From Thecamonas trahens ATCC 50062 (Eukaryota; Protista; Apusomonadida): a DNA stretch of 64,000 bases. The DNA lies in the NCBI RefSeq assembly GCF_000142905.1, contig NW_013657629.1:124001-188000 (forward strand). The letters run 5' to 3'. This document shows, one piece after another, positions 33,446 through 44,235 of this stretch (positions are counted from its first letter, which is position 1; each line of letters begins with the position of its first letter). The notes beneath the pieces were generated by a model. The model saw only the letters and a program-made list of their open reading frames with translations. It was not told the DNA's origin and did not search any database. A program made the position numbers and the translations under genes.

Positions 33446-35191
33446 CTAAGGCGTGGTCGGTGTGGGCGCGGGTGACGGCGAGGGCGAGGGCGACGACGGC
33501 GGCTGGGCGGCTTGGGCTGAGTTCGAGGGAGCCGGGGAGCCAGAGTCAGAGCTGGGGCTGACATGGGCATGGGCTTGGGCATGTGCATGGGCAGCAGCTT
33601 CAGCAACAGCATCAGGATCAGGATTGGGATCAGGATCAGCACTGGCATCAGGATCAGCATCGGCACCAGCTCCCGCAGCGGCTTGAACCCCTGGCTCCGG
33701 CTTGGTGTGAACCTCCACCTCTGCCTCTGCCTCTGCTTCTGCCAGCGCTACTGATTGCTGGAGGGCAAGGGTAGCGGCGTGGGCGGCGGCCGAGGCCGAG
33801 TCGGCCGAGGCGAGGTGGTCGGCAGCCTTTGCACCGAGGTCCTTGCCAAAGGCGAGCTTGGCGTTGAACGTGGTCTTCCACAGCAGCAGGGCTGGGTCTG
33901 ACATGTCGACGAGGTGCATATACTCGGACATGCACTCGTGACCGCGGGAGATGCCGAGCAAGACGCGGGCGTTGTCGATGGCGAGCGGGTCGCCGATCTT
34001 GAGCGCCATGTCAAAGTTCTTGTCAAAGTAGGTGACGGCCTTCTCGTACTCGCCCTGCTGGTTGAAGATGATGCCGAGCGAGCAGGCGGCCTCGGAGAGC
34101 GCTGACGGCTGATTGGTCTTCTCAGCGAGCTCAATGTAGATTTCGAGGTAGTAGACGGCGGTGTCGAGGTCGTCGAGCTTCTGGTAGGCCTTGGCAAGTG
34201 CAAAGCAGGCGGTGCCTTCGGCGACGGCGTTGCCGGTCCGGCGGCAGACGTCGAGATAGCTCTTAAAGAACTCGATGGACTCGAGGGTCTGGCCAAGCTG
34301 CTCGCAGGTTAGTCCGATGCGGTAGTTGGTCTCGCCCTCTGCCGCGGTGTCGCCGCCCTCTGCAGCCTTGCTCATGCAGGCCTTGTAGTGCTCGATGGCA
34401 ACGTCATACATGCCGCGGGTCTCTGCGCGCTCGGCCTGGATCCAGTAACACTTGACAAGATGCGAGCAGGCGTCCTTAACGGCCTCGGGCTGGGTTGAGA
34501 GCAGATGGTACTGCTCGTAGTAGCCGACAGCGGCGTCGACGTTGCCGATGCGCTCGTAGCACATGCCGAGGCGGCAGTTGGCGTAGCCCTCGGCCTCGGC
34601 CTTGCCTGCACTTGACGCCAGTTCCCAGCACGACTTGTGGAAGGAGATGGCGGTGTCAAAGTCGCCCTCGTCCTCAAAGTAGTCTGCCAAGTTGATGTAC
34701 GCTGCGAGCACGTCATTGATCTCGCCCTTTCGCTTGGCCTCCTCGGCCACAAGCAGGTTCTCGACCATAGCCTCCAGCTGCGGCGTGGTCATGGCTCGCG
34801 GAGTGACCACCTCTTCCTTTCCAGTCTCAAAGTTGACCTGGATCCGCTTTGGGCGATGATTGAGATGAAAGAACTCGACAAAGGCAAAGGGGTAGCCAGC
34901 GACGAGCATCTCCACCGAGAGCACATGCTCAGCCGTCTCTGCGAACCATCCGCCACCATCCGATCCCGATCCCACTCCATCTCCCTTGCCACCACCTCGA
35001 CCAGCATTCCTAGAGCCACTCATGGTCATCTTGTCCTCTGACATACTCTTACTCGACCTGGTAGCTTCGGTGGGTACTCCCCGCAACCGCCCGCCCGCCA
35101 ACGGCAGTGCCAACCGAGGCACTCGGTCTCCAGCCTGTCCGCCACCTCCGTCGTGCCCATTGCCACCAACACCAGTACCTGTGTGGTCCAT
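33446..35191 (-). CDS. TTC29: Tetratricopeptide repeat protein 29-like (flagellar)
   Basis: LSVEMLVAGYPFAFVEFFHL N-terminal motif, about 7 TPRs, and ARVLLGISRGH..LLLWK C-terminal motif. Confidence 0.8.
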   Translation of the reverse strand: MDHTGTGVGGNGHDGGGGQAGDRVPRLALPLAGGRLRGVPTEATRSSKSMSEDKMTMSGSRNAGRGGGKGDGVGSGSDGGGWFAETAEHVLSVEMLVAGYPFAFVEFFHLNHRPKRIQVNFETGKEEVVTPRAMTTPQLEAMVENLLVAEEAKRKGEINDVLAAYINLADYFEDEGDFDTAISFHKSCWELASSAGKAEAEGYANCRLGMCYERIGNVDAAVGYYEQYHLLSTQPEAVKDACSHLVKCYWIQAERAETRGMYDVAIEHYKACMSKAAEGGDTAAEGETNYRIGLTCEQLGQTLESIEFFKSYLDVCRRTGNAVAEGTACFALAKAYQKLDDLDTAVYYLEIYIELAEKTNQPSALSEAACSLGIIFNQQGEYEKAVTYFDKNFDMALKIGDPLAIDNARVLLGISRGHECMSEYMHLVDMSDPALLLWKTTFNAKLAFGKDLGAKAADHLASADSASAAAHAATLALQQSVALAEAEAEAEVEVHTKPEPGVQAAAGAGADADPDASADPDPNPDPDAVAEAAAHAHAQAHAHVSPSSDSGSPAPSNSAQAAQPPSSPSPSPSPAPTPTTP

Positions 35192-35702
35192 GGTTATTGT
35201 TGTATGTAGGTATGTGTGGTGTGTGGTGTGTGTGTGTGTGTGGGGGGTGTATGGGTGAGGTGTGCTGTGTGTCTGGCTGGGGTGGACGGGCTGTCTCTGG
35301 TGGGTCGGTGGCAGTTTGGCTGATTGACCCATGGGGGAGGGGGGGCGGGAGTGGAGGGAAGGGGGAGGATCGGGAGGGGAGGGTTGTGATCGGATTGGAT
35401 TGGGAGGAGGGGAGATGTGTGTGCATTTCTCTCTCTCTCTCTCTGTGTGTGATGGTGTGATGGTGTTGGTGTTGGTGTTTGTGATGGGTAGTGGCCTCGT
35501 TGGGTGCAGAGGGATGGTGGGGCGTGGCGCGACAAGGCCAAGGCGTGGCCGGTGATCAGAGGGGAAGGGGGATCAGCCGAGGTGTGGCCGGATCAAAGGC
35601 GGACAGATTGGTAATGTGGTCAATTGTGGCCAGAGTGAGGGCAGGGCGTGGACAGGGAGCAGGCATGGCAGAACGCGGGAGATGGGGAGGGCGGTAGGCA
35701 TA

Positions 35703-36713
35703 TCAGCGCCCAGAGCGCTCCTGCGAGTCATCTGTGAGGGCATATGCGGGGAGGTAGGCCTCCGAGTCCGAATCGGAGAGCAGATGCGGGTTGCGGAGCG
35801 TGTTGTGGACGTCACCAAGCGAGGTGTAGCCGTCATCGTAGAGCTCGCAGTAGGGGACGCGGAAGAGTCTGAGAAAGTCCCACACGTGCTTGTAGCTCCA
35901 GTGAAGGAGCGGGAAGACGCGCATGAGGGCAGGCCACCCGTCGTCAGTGGCGGTAAAGGCCTCGAGATGGTCCGAGTATGGATCGCCTCTGCGAGTGCCC
36001 ATGAACATGGCCTTGAGCGCGTGATGCCCGTTGAGCAGCCGCTCGAGCGTAGCCTTCATCCCACCCTCCTCCCGACTCGCCATCGGCACAGCCTCCAGCT
36101 CAATGCCGGACCACACGACAGCGGTCTCGATAAACTGCTCCACCACAGGAAACGGGTTGCGCGTCTTGAGATACGCCGCATGCCATCTTGCGTGCCGCGC
36201 CTGTGCCGAATGCCACGAGTTGACCTCCCCGATGGCAGTGACGGAGGGCATGCCGCCGACACCTGCTTCGCCCTCACATCCAGCCCTGTCCCTCGGCGCG
36301 GCTGCTAGCCAGCGGACGGCGCCGATAAGGGCAAGCAGGACAGTGCAGTCCTTCCCGCCGTTGAACGAGAGCGAGAGGGCAAGGTCAGCTTCATTGTCGA
36401 GCCCCGCCGACGCTGCACACGCCGAGCCAGGGACCTCCGATGATGCGGCGCAGTCATCGGTATGTGCATGCGGAGGCGGAGATGGAGGCCCATACTCCTC
36501 GTAGGCCTTGGCAATGATCTCCAGCGACGTCCTCAGTACTGTCCGCAAGCTCTCTGCCGCCGCCTCGTCCACCGTGTCGGCCGCCACCGCCGCCGGCGCC
36601 AGGTCGGTCACGGCCGCGCCCGCGGCAAAGGCTATCACCTGGGCATACACATCATGTGCAGACGAGCATGGTGTTCTTTGGCTCATAGTCAAGTGTGCTG
36701 TCTCGTCTGCCAT
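35703..36713 (-). CDS. FAD1: FAD synthetase (FMN adenylyltransferase, PAPS-reductase fold), single-domain yeast Fad1 type
   Basis: LSFNGGKDCTVLL, GTRRGDP, WPALMRVFPLLHWSY, YCELYDDGYTSLG and terminal ERSGR motifs. Confidence 0.92.
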   Translation of the reverse strand: MADETAHLTMSQRTPCSSAHDVYAQVIAFAAGAAVTDLAPAAVAADTVDEAAAESLRTVLRTSLEIIAKAYEEYGPPSPPPHAHTDDCAASSEVPGSACAASAGLDNEADLALSLSFNGGKDCTVLLALIGAVRWLAAAPRDRAGCEGEAGVGGMPSVTAIGEVNSWHSAQARHARWHAAYLKTRNPFPVVEQFIETAVVWSGIELEAVPMASREEGGMKATLERLLNGHHALKAMFMGTRRGDPYSDHLEAFTATDDGWPALMRVFPLLHWSYKHVWDFLRLFRVPYCELYDDGYTSLGDVHNTLRNPHLLSDSDSEAYLPAYALTDDSQERSGR

Positions 36714-37133
36714 TCATGCCCATGCCCATGCCCGCACCACTGCTGTTCCCGCTGCTCAATCTCCGTGTCGCGTTGGCCCGCACTGCCCGCTGCTCCCATG
36801 CCCACGTCAGCCGGCATGCTGAAAGCGGGACCGCCCCCCCCCCCCCCTCCCTCCCAGCCCCACGCACCTTATCTACCACCAGTATAGTGGCACATCTTGA
36901 TCACCCCCACTTGATGACCCCCCGATCCCCCGCCCACCGATCACCTGCGATCCTCGCCTACCACGACCCGACTACCGCTGCCCAACCACCGTGTGATTAC
37001 CCCCTCCCCCCCCTCCTCTTGCTGGGAATACCGACGGAAGAGCTCGTGCAACAATTAATCCCCAGCTGACAACGCGCTGAATGTGAGAGAGATGTCGTCA
37101 GCCTATCCCGAGCTCTCTCGCGGACCCCACGGT

Positions 37134-37808
37134 NNNNNNNNNNNNNNNNNNNNNNNNNNNNNNNNNNNNNNNNNNNNNNNNNNNNNNNNNNNNNNNNNNN
37201 NNNNNNNNNNNNNNNNNNNNNNNNNNNNNNNNNNNNNNNNNNNNNNNNNNNNNNNNNNNNNNNNNNNNNNNNNNNNNNNNNNNNNNNNNNNNNNNNNNNN
37301 NNNNNNNNNNNNNNNNNNNNNNNNNNNNNNNNNNNNNNNNNNNNNNNNNNNNNNNNNNNNNNNNNNNNNNNNNNNNNNNNNNNNNNNNNNNNNNNNNNNN
37401 NNNNNNNNNNNNNNNNNNNNNNNNNNNNNNNNNNNNNNNNNNNNNNNNNNNNNNNNNNNNNNNNNNNNNNNNNNNNNNNNNNNNNNNNNNNNNNNNNNNN
37501 NNNNNNNNNNNNNNNNNNNNNNNNNNNNNNNNNNNNNNNNNNNNNNNNNNNNNNNNNNNNNNNNNNNNNNNNNNNNNNNNNNNNNNNNNNNNNNNNNNNN
37601 NNNNNNNNNNNNNNNNNNNNNNNNNNNNNNNNNNNNNNNNNNNNNNNNNNNNNNNNNNNNNNNNNNNNNNNNNNNNNNNNNNNNNNNNNNNNNNNNNNNN
37701 NNNNNNNNNNNNNNNNNNNNNNNNNNNNNNNNNNNNNNNNNNNNNNNNNNNNNNNNNNNNNNNNNNNNNNNNNNNNNNNNNNNNNNNNNNNNNNNNNNNN
37801 NNNNNNNN
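37134..37808. other. Assembly gap (675 N)
   Basis: Run of N. Confidence 1.
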
Positions 37809-38399
37809 CCGTTACCCCCCCCCCCCCCCCTCTCTATCAAGACCCAGTGCTCTGAATGCCTCTGCTGTCTGGGAGACATCGTCTTGGTTATGGTCGCAGC
37901 TGGGCCAGTGTCGTCAGTCCACCCTCGACACGAACACTGTTGTGAGGTGGTGAGGTGGTGAGATGGTGAGGTGGTGAGGTGGTGAGGTGATAATGAGCTG
38001 GATCGGAAAGTTCTGGTTCCTGTCAAGCTGGTGGAAGGTGTTGTCGAGTGGATGGTGTGGTTGTTGTGGTGGTATTCTCTCCATCCCGTGCTCCAAACGT
38101 CCGGCTGGACCGACACGTCGTGGTTGATGCCCGCCAACGCCTCCCCCCTCTCTCTCCCGCGTACTGCTGCATCCGCTGCCTTTTGCTTCCGAAAGCATCC
38201 GCTGGTCTCCCGTCGATACTCATGATCATTTGTGTGTGTGTGTGTGTGTGTGTGTTTAGGAGCCCAAGGTGGTGTTCAACAAGGTCCCCTTCTGGCCGAA
38301 CAAGACGCCGGAGGATCAGTAAGCGTGTGCCAGTCATGGTCTCGGACGCCGCAGCACATTAACCGCCGGCCGCCTGCAGTAAAATCAAGGACAGCACAG

Positions 38400-41300
38400 T
38401 CAGGCCTCGTCGGGATCGCCGACGTACGCGTCGGCCCACTCGAGGTAGCCGAACCAGAGCCAGACATCCTCGAGGCCGAGTGGGCGCGAGACAAGGTTGG
38501 CGGCAATGACGTAGATAACGCCGACAGCGGTGACGTCGAGGAGCCCGGTGTAGGCAAGCTGACGGCAGACAGCCTCCATCGAAGTGTTGCGGAACTTGAA
38601 GAGCCGCGCGTGGAGAAAGGCGCCGTTCGGGACGCACGAGAGGACCGACGGCCACGCTGTGTCCATGGCGTGCTGGACTCCGAGCGCTCCGGCGCCGCGC
38701 TCCACCATGTCCACGTGCTTGATTGTCAGCCGCAGCCGGTTCGAGAGTGGCTCGTGGACTCGGACGAGCCAGCCCGGAGCCCGCGATGCTCGGTAGGCCT
38801 TGATCAGCTCAGTCAGCTGTGCCTCCATGGTGAGCGCGATGGCGCGGGTGGCCGCCCGGTCGAGCGCCGGCCGTACCTCCAGTCGTGGCGGCGTGTACCA
38901 CGGCTGCACAGGCCCGGCGGTCGCAAGGACCTTGTCTGAGAAGAATGGCTTCCAGTCGCTCCGTGACGACAGATCCCACACCAGCCGATCGACCCGGTCC
39001 TGCTGCGCCACATTGAGCCACCCGTTGTCGCCGTTGAAGAGCGTGCCGACAGAGGCAAACGGAAAGCCGGCGTCGTCGCACGAGGTGAACATGGCACCGC
39101 TCGCAGCATCAAAGTGAACCACACCCATCGGCCGCACGTTGGGCCGAGCGCGCTTGGAAAACTTGCGCGGCTCAAAGGCAAGCAGCGGGTTGTGCATCCG
39201 CGCCACCGAAGAGTACCGATCGAGGCCAGGAGTCCGCGCCCCGCCACCAAACTCTGACGAGAGCACCGACTCGAGGCCGAGGAACGACTGCGAGTGCGAC
39301 TGGTGTACGATCGAGGTCCGCGACCGCGAGTGCGAGCCGCGCTCTATCCCGCGTGGCGAGAGCATGCCCCACTCGTTGCCGTCATCGTCGCCGTTGCCGC
39401 CGTCGGCACCGCCATCGGTCGTCGAGTAGAACGAGTACGTGTACTCGTCGCGATTGCCGCCACCTCCGACCTCACCGCCACCCGCATGAAGAGCTATCGC
39501 GTCAGCCACGACGCCCGCGAGCGAGTTGCGCCGTCGCCGACCGCCTGTCGAGCCAGCATCAATTGCAGCCTGCTGCACCCGCTTGACTGCAGCTTCAACC
39601 GAGTCGACGGACGAGTCGGAGCATGCAGAGTCAAACGAGTCGTTTCCGTCCCGCATCGGACGCTTGTCGAGTGAGCCGCGCCGCAGTGCAAGTGCCGCCA
39701 GCCCGACATCGACCGAGCCGCGTCGCTTCTGTGCCGCTTGGCTCGTCGGCGGCAAGCCGGCCGGCAGCTTCAGGAACGCCGCCGAGTCTACAAACAAACT
39801 GGCCGAGTCGCCCCCGCTCGGCAGGTCTGGCGTCGAACCACGTCGGCCCCACCGTGGAACCGGCCGAGCATCTCCAGCCAGTGACCGGATTGCCGCCTGG
39901 GTATCCGCCTTGAGCGAGGCGTCGACGAGCGACGCCCGCCGCTTGGCGGCCACTGCCGGGCCGTTGGCATCGCCGATGACAAGCACGTTACCCATCGCGT
40001 CGACGACCGACGGCCGCCGCGATGCCGGTTTGGCGTGCGTCCGCGACCGCGTCTGCGAGCGCGAGCGCGAGCGCGACCGTGGCTGGCTCGCTGCCGCATC
40101 TGGGCCGTGCCCCTTCCCCGCCTTTTCGTCTGCCGTCCGCTTCCGCCGCTTCCGCCGCCGCTTGTACGGAAGCGGGCTGAGAGTGACGACCCAGTACGCA
40201 AACGCACCGGTTGTCCGCCGGCCAACCACCACGTATGCGTCGGCGCCCGCGCCGATGAGCAGCGACGCAAGGAGAAGAGCCTTCTCCAGCTCGGACGCCG
40301 CCTTGCGCGAGATGACGACCGCAGGCGAGAGCGTCTGCATCCGCGGTTGGTTCGGCTTCCCGCACGCAATGTCTGTCGGGAAGCCGTCGTCCGAGAGCGC
40401 AGAGACCATGGCAAGAAGCTCGACCTCCGAGTGGCCGGCAGCTGTCGAGGGCATGGGGCAGACAAATGACGGGAGCCAGCGGAAGCGGTTATACTCGTCG
40501 ATTGCAACGAGCTGAAAGGCACGCCGCGGCATGGCCGAACACGCATCCTCCAGCGACTGGAGATAGAGCTCCCACAGCGCGCCGCTGGCAAGATCCCTGC
40601 CCTTACCGCCATCGGCCAGCATCTCGGCCACGTCGTCGAGGTTTGCTGCCAGCAGCGAGTCGAGGTTGGCCTGGCGCGTCGACGATTGACGCGAGCCATC
40701 GGGCACCGGCTCAGACTCGACCTCCAGTCCGGCACTCAGATCCTCCTCCATCCGCCCCGGATACAACGCAAGCCAGAGCACGTCTGGTGGCACAAAGTAG
40801 TGCTCCATGATCTTGGGCGAGAGCGCCGAGAGCCGCACCTCGCCCGGATCGGCGGCGTTCGCGTCGTGAGCAGCGTCAAAGTCAGTGGCAAACGCAAGCG
40901 AGACCACCAGCCGCGGCCGCAGAATCCTAGCCTTGCCGCCACTCTCCAGCTGCTTCCGCTCACGAGCGGCAGCAATGGCCGACTCGAGCACGACAGCAGC
41001 CTCAAGGTCACCGGCCTTGTTGCGGGAGATGGCTCCGGTTGGAAGCGAAATGCCGCGGGCCTCCGAGCCGTCTGACCCTCCCGGCGATCGCGGCATCGAC
41101 CGGTCGCGTGCCGGGTAGAACGAGTCGAGCGCGGTGAGGCCCGGCGACTTGGCGTGCGCGCCGACCGGCGTCTTGGCGCGCGCCAGCCGCGACGGCTCGG
41201 TCCGCTCGGGGAACTTGTAGCATGCGGCGTTGGGCGAGACAAGGCCACCAGGCGCAGAGAGTGCCAGCGCAAAGTGTGCGTGCTTGGCGGCGTTGTGGAG

Positions 41301-42347
41301 GGCGACCGAGAGCGGGAGCGAAGCCGCGCCGATCCACTCGGCATGCGGTGCCGGCATGTGCGCCACGGCGTCGTAGACTTCAAAGTGCAGGTGAACGTTT
41401 GATGCCCAGACCTGAATGTCGCTCAGCCGTGGCGATGGGAGTGGGATCCGCAGCTCGAGGTCTTGGTGCCACTCGGGGTAGAGCTCGCGAACCAGCACCG
41501 GCGTCCGCGCCGAGACTGCCGGCATCGACTCGGACGGCGAAATCCGGGCAACAACATACAGAGAGAGCGCCTCATACTCGATGCCGGCGCCGTGCGGGAG
41601 CGGGCGGACCCGCGCCAGACCCTCGACGTCGAGCGCTTCAAAGATGCGGACCTTGAGCACCACCTCGTCGGCGTGGACGCTCGCCGAGGCGTGCTTCAGC
41701 AGCGAAGACACGCCGGGCAAGTATGCAAACGGACGCTTCGAGGCCCGAGCAAGCGAGCGCGGGAACGAGACCTTGCGCGCCTCAAGCCGATCGATGAACG
41801 AGGCGACAACTGGGTGCAGTGCGTCCGAGAGGAGACCAACCAGCGCCTCAGGGCTCCGCTTCGACGCCGAGGTGCCTGCCGCCTCGAGCGGAAAGAGGCG
41901 GCGGAGGATGGCGGCAAACTCCGAGTACGTCAGCGGCGACTCTGAGCCGGGCGCCATGAGCAGCTGGCGGAGCGTGTAAGCATCGATGACAGACGAGCTC
42001 GATGATCGCGTCGACGAGTTCCGGGCACAGACACGGAGAGCGGCAAGCAGCTTCTCTTGCTGATTGGCAGCGTCGCGAATGACCCATTGAATGAGCTCGA
42101 GAAAGTCATCAAAGTCAACAAAGCCCAGCAGCGTCGAGTCGAAGCGGTAGATGAGGTCGGCCACATCGGCCAGAGGCCGTTCGGGGCCAAAGTGTGGCAA
42201 GAGTGCGTAGAGCTCATAGAGGCCGAGACAAGGCGCACGGGCAGGCGGTGTTAGTGCATATGCCTCAAACACCACACGTAGCAGCTCTACCTCGGTAGGG
42301 AGGAACAGTGCCATCTCCCTGGTGAGGTGAGGTGGCTGTTGTTGCAT
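38400..42347 (-). CDS. EF-hand + C2 + CEP76/CC2D2A-type (transglutaminase-like) domain protein, probably ciliary/centriolar
   Basis: EF-like FDSTLLGFVDFDDFL; C2-like VRIFEALDV..YPEWHQDLEL..FEVYD; CEP76/CC2D2A-like ELEKALLLASLLIGAGADAYVVVG, FASVGTLFNGDNGWLN and WDLSSRSDWKPFFS. Start placed after the non-coding (CAT)n tract. Confidence 0.72.
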   Translation of the reverse strand: MQQQPPHLTREMALFLPTEVELLRVVFEAYALTPPARAPCLGLYELYALLPHFGPERPLADVADLIYRFDSTLLGFVDFDDFLELIQWVIRDAANQQEKLLAALRVCARNSSTRSSSSSVIDAYTLRQLLMAPGSESPLTYSEFAAILRRLFPLEAAGTSASKRSPEALVGLLSDALHPVVASFIDRLEARKVSFPRSLARASKRPFAYLPGVSSLLKHASASVHADEVVLKVRIFEALDVEGLARVRPLPHGAGIEYEALSLYVVARISPSESMPAVSARTPVLVRELYPEWHQDLELRIPLPSPRLSDIQVWASNVHLHFEVYDAVAHMPAPHAEWIGAASLPLSVALHNAAKHAHFALALSAPGGLVSPNAACYKFPERTEPSRLARAKTPVGAHAKSPGLTALDSFYPARDRSMPRSPGGSDGSEARGISLPTGAISRNKAGDLEAAVVLESAIAAARERKQLESGGKARILRPRLVVSLAFATDFDAAHDANAADPGEVRLSALSPKIMEHYFVPPDVLWLALYPGRMEEDLSAGLEVESEPVPDGSRQSSTRQANLDSLLAANLDDVAEMLADGGKGRDLASGALWELYLQSLEDACSAMPRRAFQLVAIDEYNRFRWLPSFVCPMPSTAAGHSEVELLAMVSALSDDGFPTDIACGKPNQPRMQTLSPAVVISRKAASELEKALLLASLLIGAGADAYVVVGRRTTGAFAYWVVTLSPLPYKRRRKRRKRTADEKAGKGHGPDAAASQPRSRSRSRSQTRSRTHAKPASRRPSVVDAMGNVLVIGDANGPAVAAKRRASLVDASLKADTQAAIRSLAGDARPVPRWGRRGSTPDLPSGGDSASLFVDSAAFLKLPAGLPPTSQAAQKRRGSVDVGLAALALRRGSLDKRPMRDGNDSFDSACSDSSVDSVEAAVKRVQQAAIDAGSTGGRRRRNSLAGVVADAIALHAGGGEVGGGGNRDEYTYSFYSTTDGGADGGNGDDDGNEWGMLSPRGIERGSHSRSRTSIVHQSHSQSFLGLESVLSSEFGGGARTPGLDRYSSVARMHNPLLAFEPRKFSKRARPNVRPMGVVHFDAASGAMFTSCDDAGFPFASVGTLFNGDNGWLNVAQQDRVDRLVWDLSSRSDWKPFFSDKVLATAGPVQPWYTPPRLEVRPALDRAATRAIALTMEAQLTELIKAYRASRAPGWLVRVHEPLSNRLRLTIKHVDMVERGAGALGVQHAMDTAWPSVLSCVPNGAFLHARLFKFRNTSMEAVCRQLAYTGLLDVTAVGVIYVIAANLVSRPLGLEDVWLWFGYLEWADAYVGDPDEA

Positions 42348-42453
42348 GGGGGGTGGGTGGGTGGCGGGTGGCTGTGGCGGGCGGGTGGCGAGCGGGCGGG
42401 TGGCTGTGTAGCTGGGACGGATTGGGACGGATTGGCGCCATGGTGGGTGATGG

Positions 42454-42527
<74 letters not shown>
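42454..42527. repeat. (TGA)n microsatellite, about 24 units
   Basis: Read directly. Confidence 0.95.
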
Positions 42528-42891
42528 GTTGATGGTGATGATCTTGGAGATGTTGGATTCGATCATGGTTGTCGCGGGTTGCAGGTTGGGATGGAACAGG
42601 CCGGTGCCCGAGTTGTGGTCATCCATCATCATCTTTTCTGTCTCTGATCGGCCGCCATCACTGAACTTGGCGTGGTGTCGACATGGATCCGTTGTGGCGC
42701 ATATGCGGGCAGGGGTGGGTGTGGGTGGGTGGATGGAGGGGGAGGGGGCAGGACAGGGATGTCCCTCTGAGAAAGTGAAAAAAGGTCGCACATTTTCCTG
42801 TGCCGCTATTCTCCTTCTGACAGGCCCCGGGCACGGGTAAGGGCAAGGGTGAGGGCGATAGCCACGCCTCTCGCCCATTCTGAACACAACT

Positions 42892-44082
42892 ATGCGGAGC
42901 GCCCTTCTCGCCCCCCTCTCCCTGCTTGCCCTGACTTTTTCGCTCTGTATGACACTGCTGGTCGTCCATGGGGCGAGCGCGGACCAGGTCGACGACCAGG
43001 TTATTTGGGCCCAGGTGTGCGACCCGGGCACGCTGTTCAGCACGAATGTGAAGACTGGCGAGACATCGGTGGTGGGAGTGACGGCCAATACAAACGGGCT
43101 GGACATGTTTGGCGTCCATGCCTCCTCGCGCACGCTCTACTGGGCTTACTACAATATCAACGAGATGCACGCTTACATCGCCAAGGCCTCGCTCGACGGA
43201 TCCAAGGTCAACACGACCTGGGCGGATGCCGGCGGATCGCGGGTCTACAGCATGACCGTCTCTGGTGATGGCACTGTCTACTACCAGGGTGGTGGACGTA
43301 GCTTCTTCCGGGTCGAGGCTGATGGCTCGTCGGTCGAGCTTGGCACGTTTGCAGGCAACGGCGGCGGCGGGATGAATGGCGGCGTGGTCGTGGTCGACAA
43401 CGGGGCGACCGGGTACTTTGGCGCTGACGACGGCACCTTTCCTGGTTGTGTTGGCGGCATCGAGGTGTTTGGCATTGCCCATGACTCGGCGACGGCGCCC
43501 AAGCCGTTCAACTGTACTACCGGCAAGTTTCCGCGCCGTCTCGCTGCTGTCGGCAGCAATCTGCTGGCGCTCTCGGACCAGAACACACCCTTTATGAAGA
43601 CGGTGAGTAGGATCACTGGCGAAGTTGAGTCGTTTGTCTCGCTCCCCGGTCGCGCCGGCGGTATCACTGCCACGCCTGAAGGCTCGTCGATCTACGCCAT
43701 CACCACCGGCGGCGTGGTCCGTGCCGACGCTCCGCGCTACGCCGCGTTGACCAAGGTCGCCGACTTTCCCTCCTCGGTCTCGCCGTATTGCATTGGTGGC
43801 GGCGCCGCCTTTATCCCGGGATCCAGCAGCGTCCACATTGACCTCATCTCGCCGTCGTCGGGCCCGATCGCGGGCGGGACTGTGGTATTTGCGGTTCTCA
43901 GCGAGCCGGCCACATCCTCGCCGTCCTCGTGCGTCTTTGGCACCCTGTCGAGCCCGGCCACCTTGGTCGCCCCGCAGATCGTCTCGTGCATTTCTCCCAA
44001 GGCCGCCGCCGCCGGCAAGGTCAGCTTTGCCGTCGAGATCGATGGCCTCCTCTCGAACGCCGTCACCTACACTTACCAGTGA
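42892..44082 (+). CDS. Secreted protein: beta-propeller-like region plus C-terminal IPT/TIG domain
   Basis: Signal peptide MRSALLAPLSLLAL; LYWA and SMTVSGDGTVYY blade-like repeats; IPT motif IDLISPSSGPIAGGTVV..CVFG..IVSCISP..YTY. Confidence 0.72.
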   Translation: MRSALLAPLSLLALTFSLCMTLLVVHGASADQVDDQVIWAQVCDPGTLFSTNVKTGETSVVGVTANTNGLDMFGVHASSRTLYWAYYNINEMHAYIAKASLDGSKVNTTWADAGGSRVYSMTVSGDGTVYYQGGGRSFFRVEADGSSVELGTFAGNGGGGMNGGVVVVDNGATGYFGADDGTFPGCVGGIEVFGIAHDSATAPKPFNCTTGKFPRRLAAVGSNLLALSDQNTPFMKTVSRITGEVESFVSLPGRAGGITATPEGSSIYAITTGGVVRADAPRYAALTKVADFPSSVSPYCIGGGAAFIPGSSSVHIDLISPSSGPIAGGTVVFAVLSEPATSSPSSCVFGTLSSPATLVAPQIVSCISPKAAAAGKVSFAVEIDGLLSNAVTYTYQ

Positions 44083-44235
44083 CGACAACGTCACGTGGCT
44101 TAAACGCCCCCCCCCCTCCCCCCCCGCCAGTACGGCGACCATGACACTAGCTGATCTCCCCATCTCCAGAAGGTATGCCCGCCCCTGCGCGTCATCCTTG
44201 GCTGGCACCATTCCTCTCGGCTGGCGAACGAACAA

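Noticed and set aside
37083-38137. ORFs spanning the N run
   Set aside because: Artefacts of translating the assembly gap.
42347-43133. Poly-His N-terminal extension of the 1577-aa ORF
   Set aside because: It derives from a (CAT)n microsatellite in intergenic-type sequence and the extension overlaps the divergent gene at 42892.
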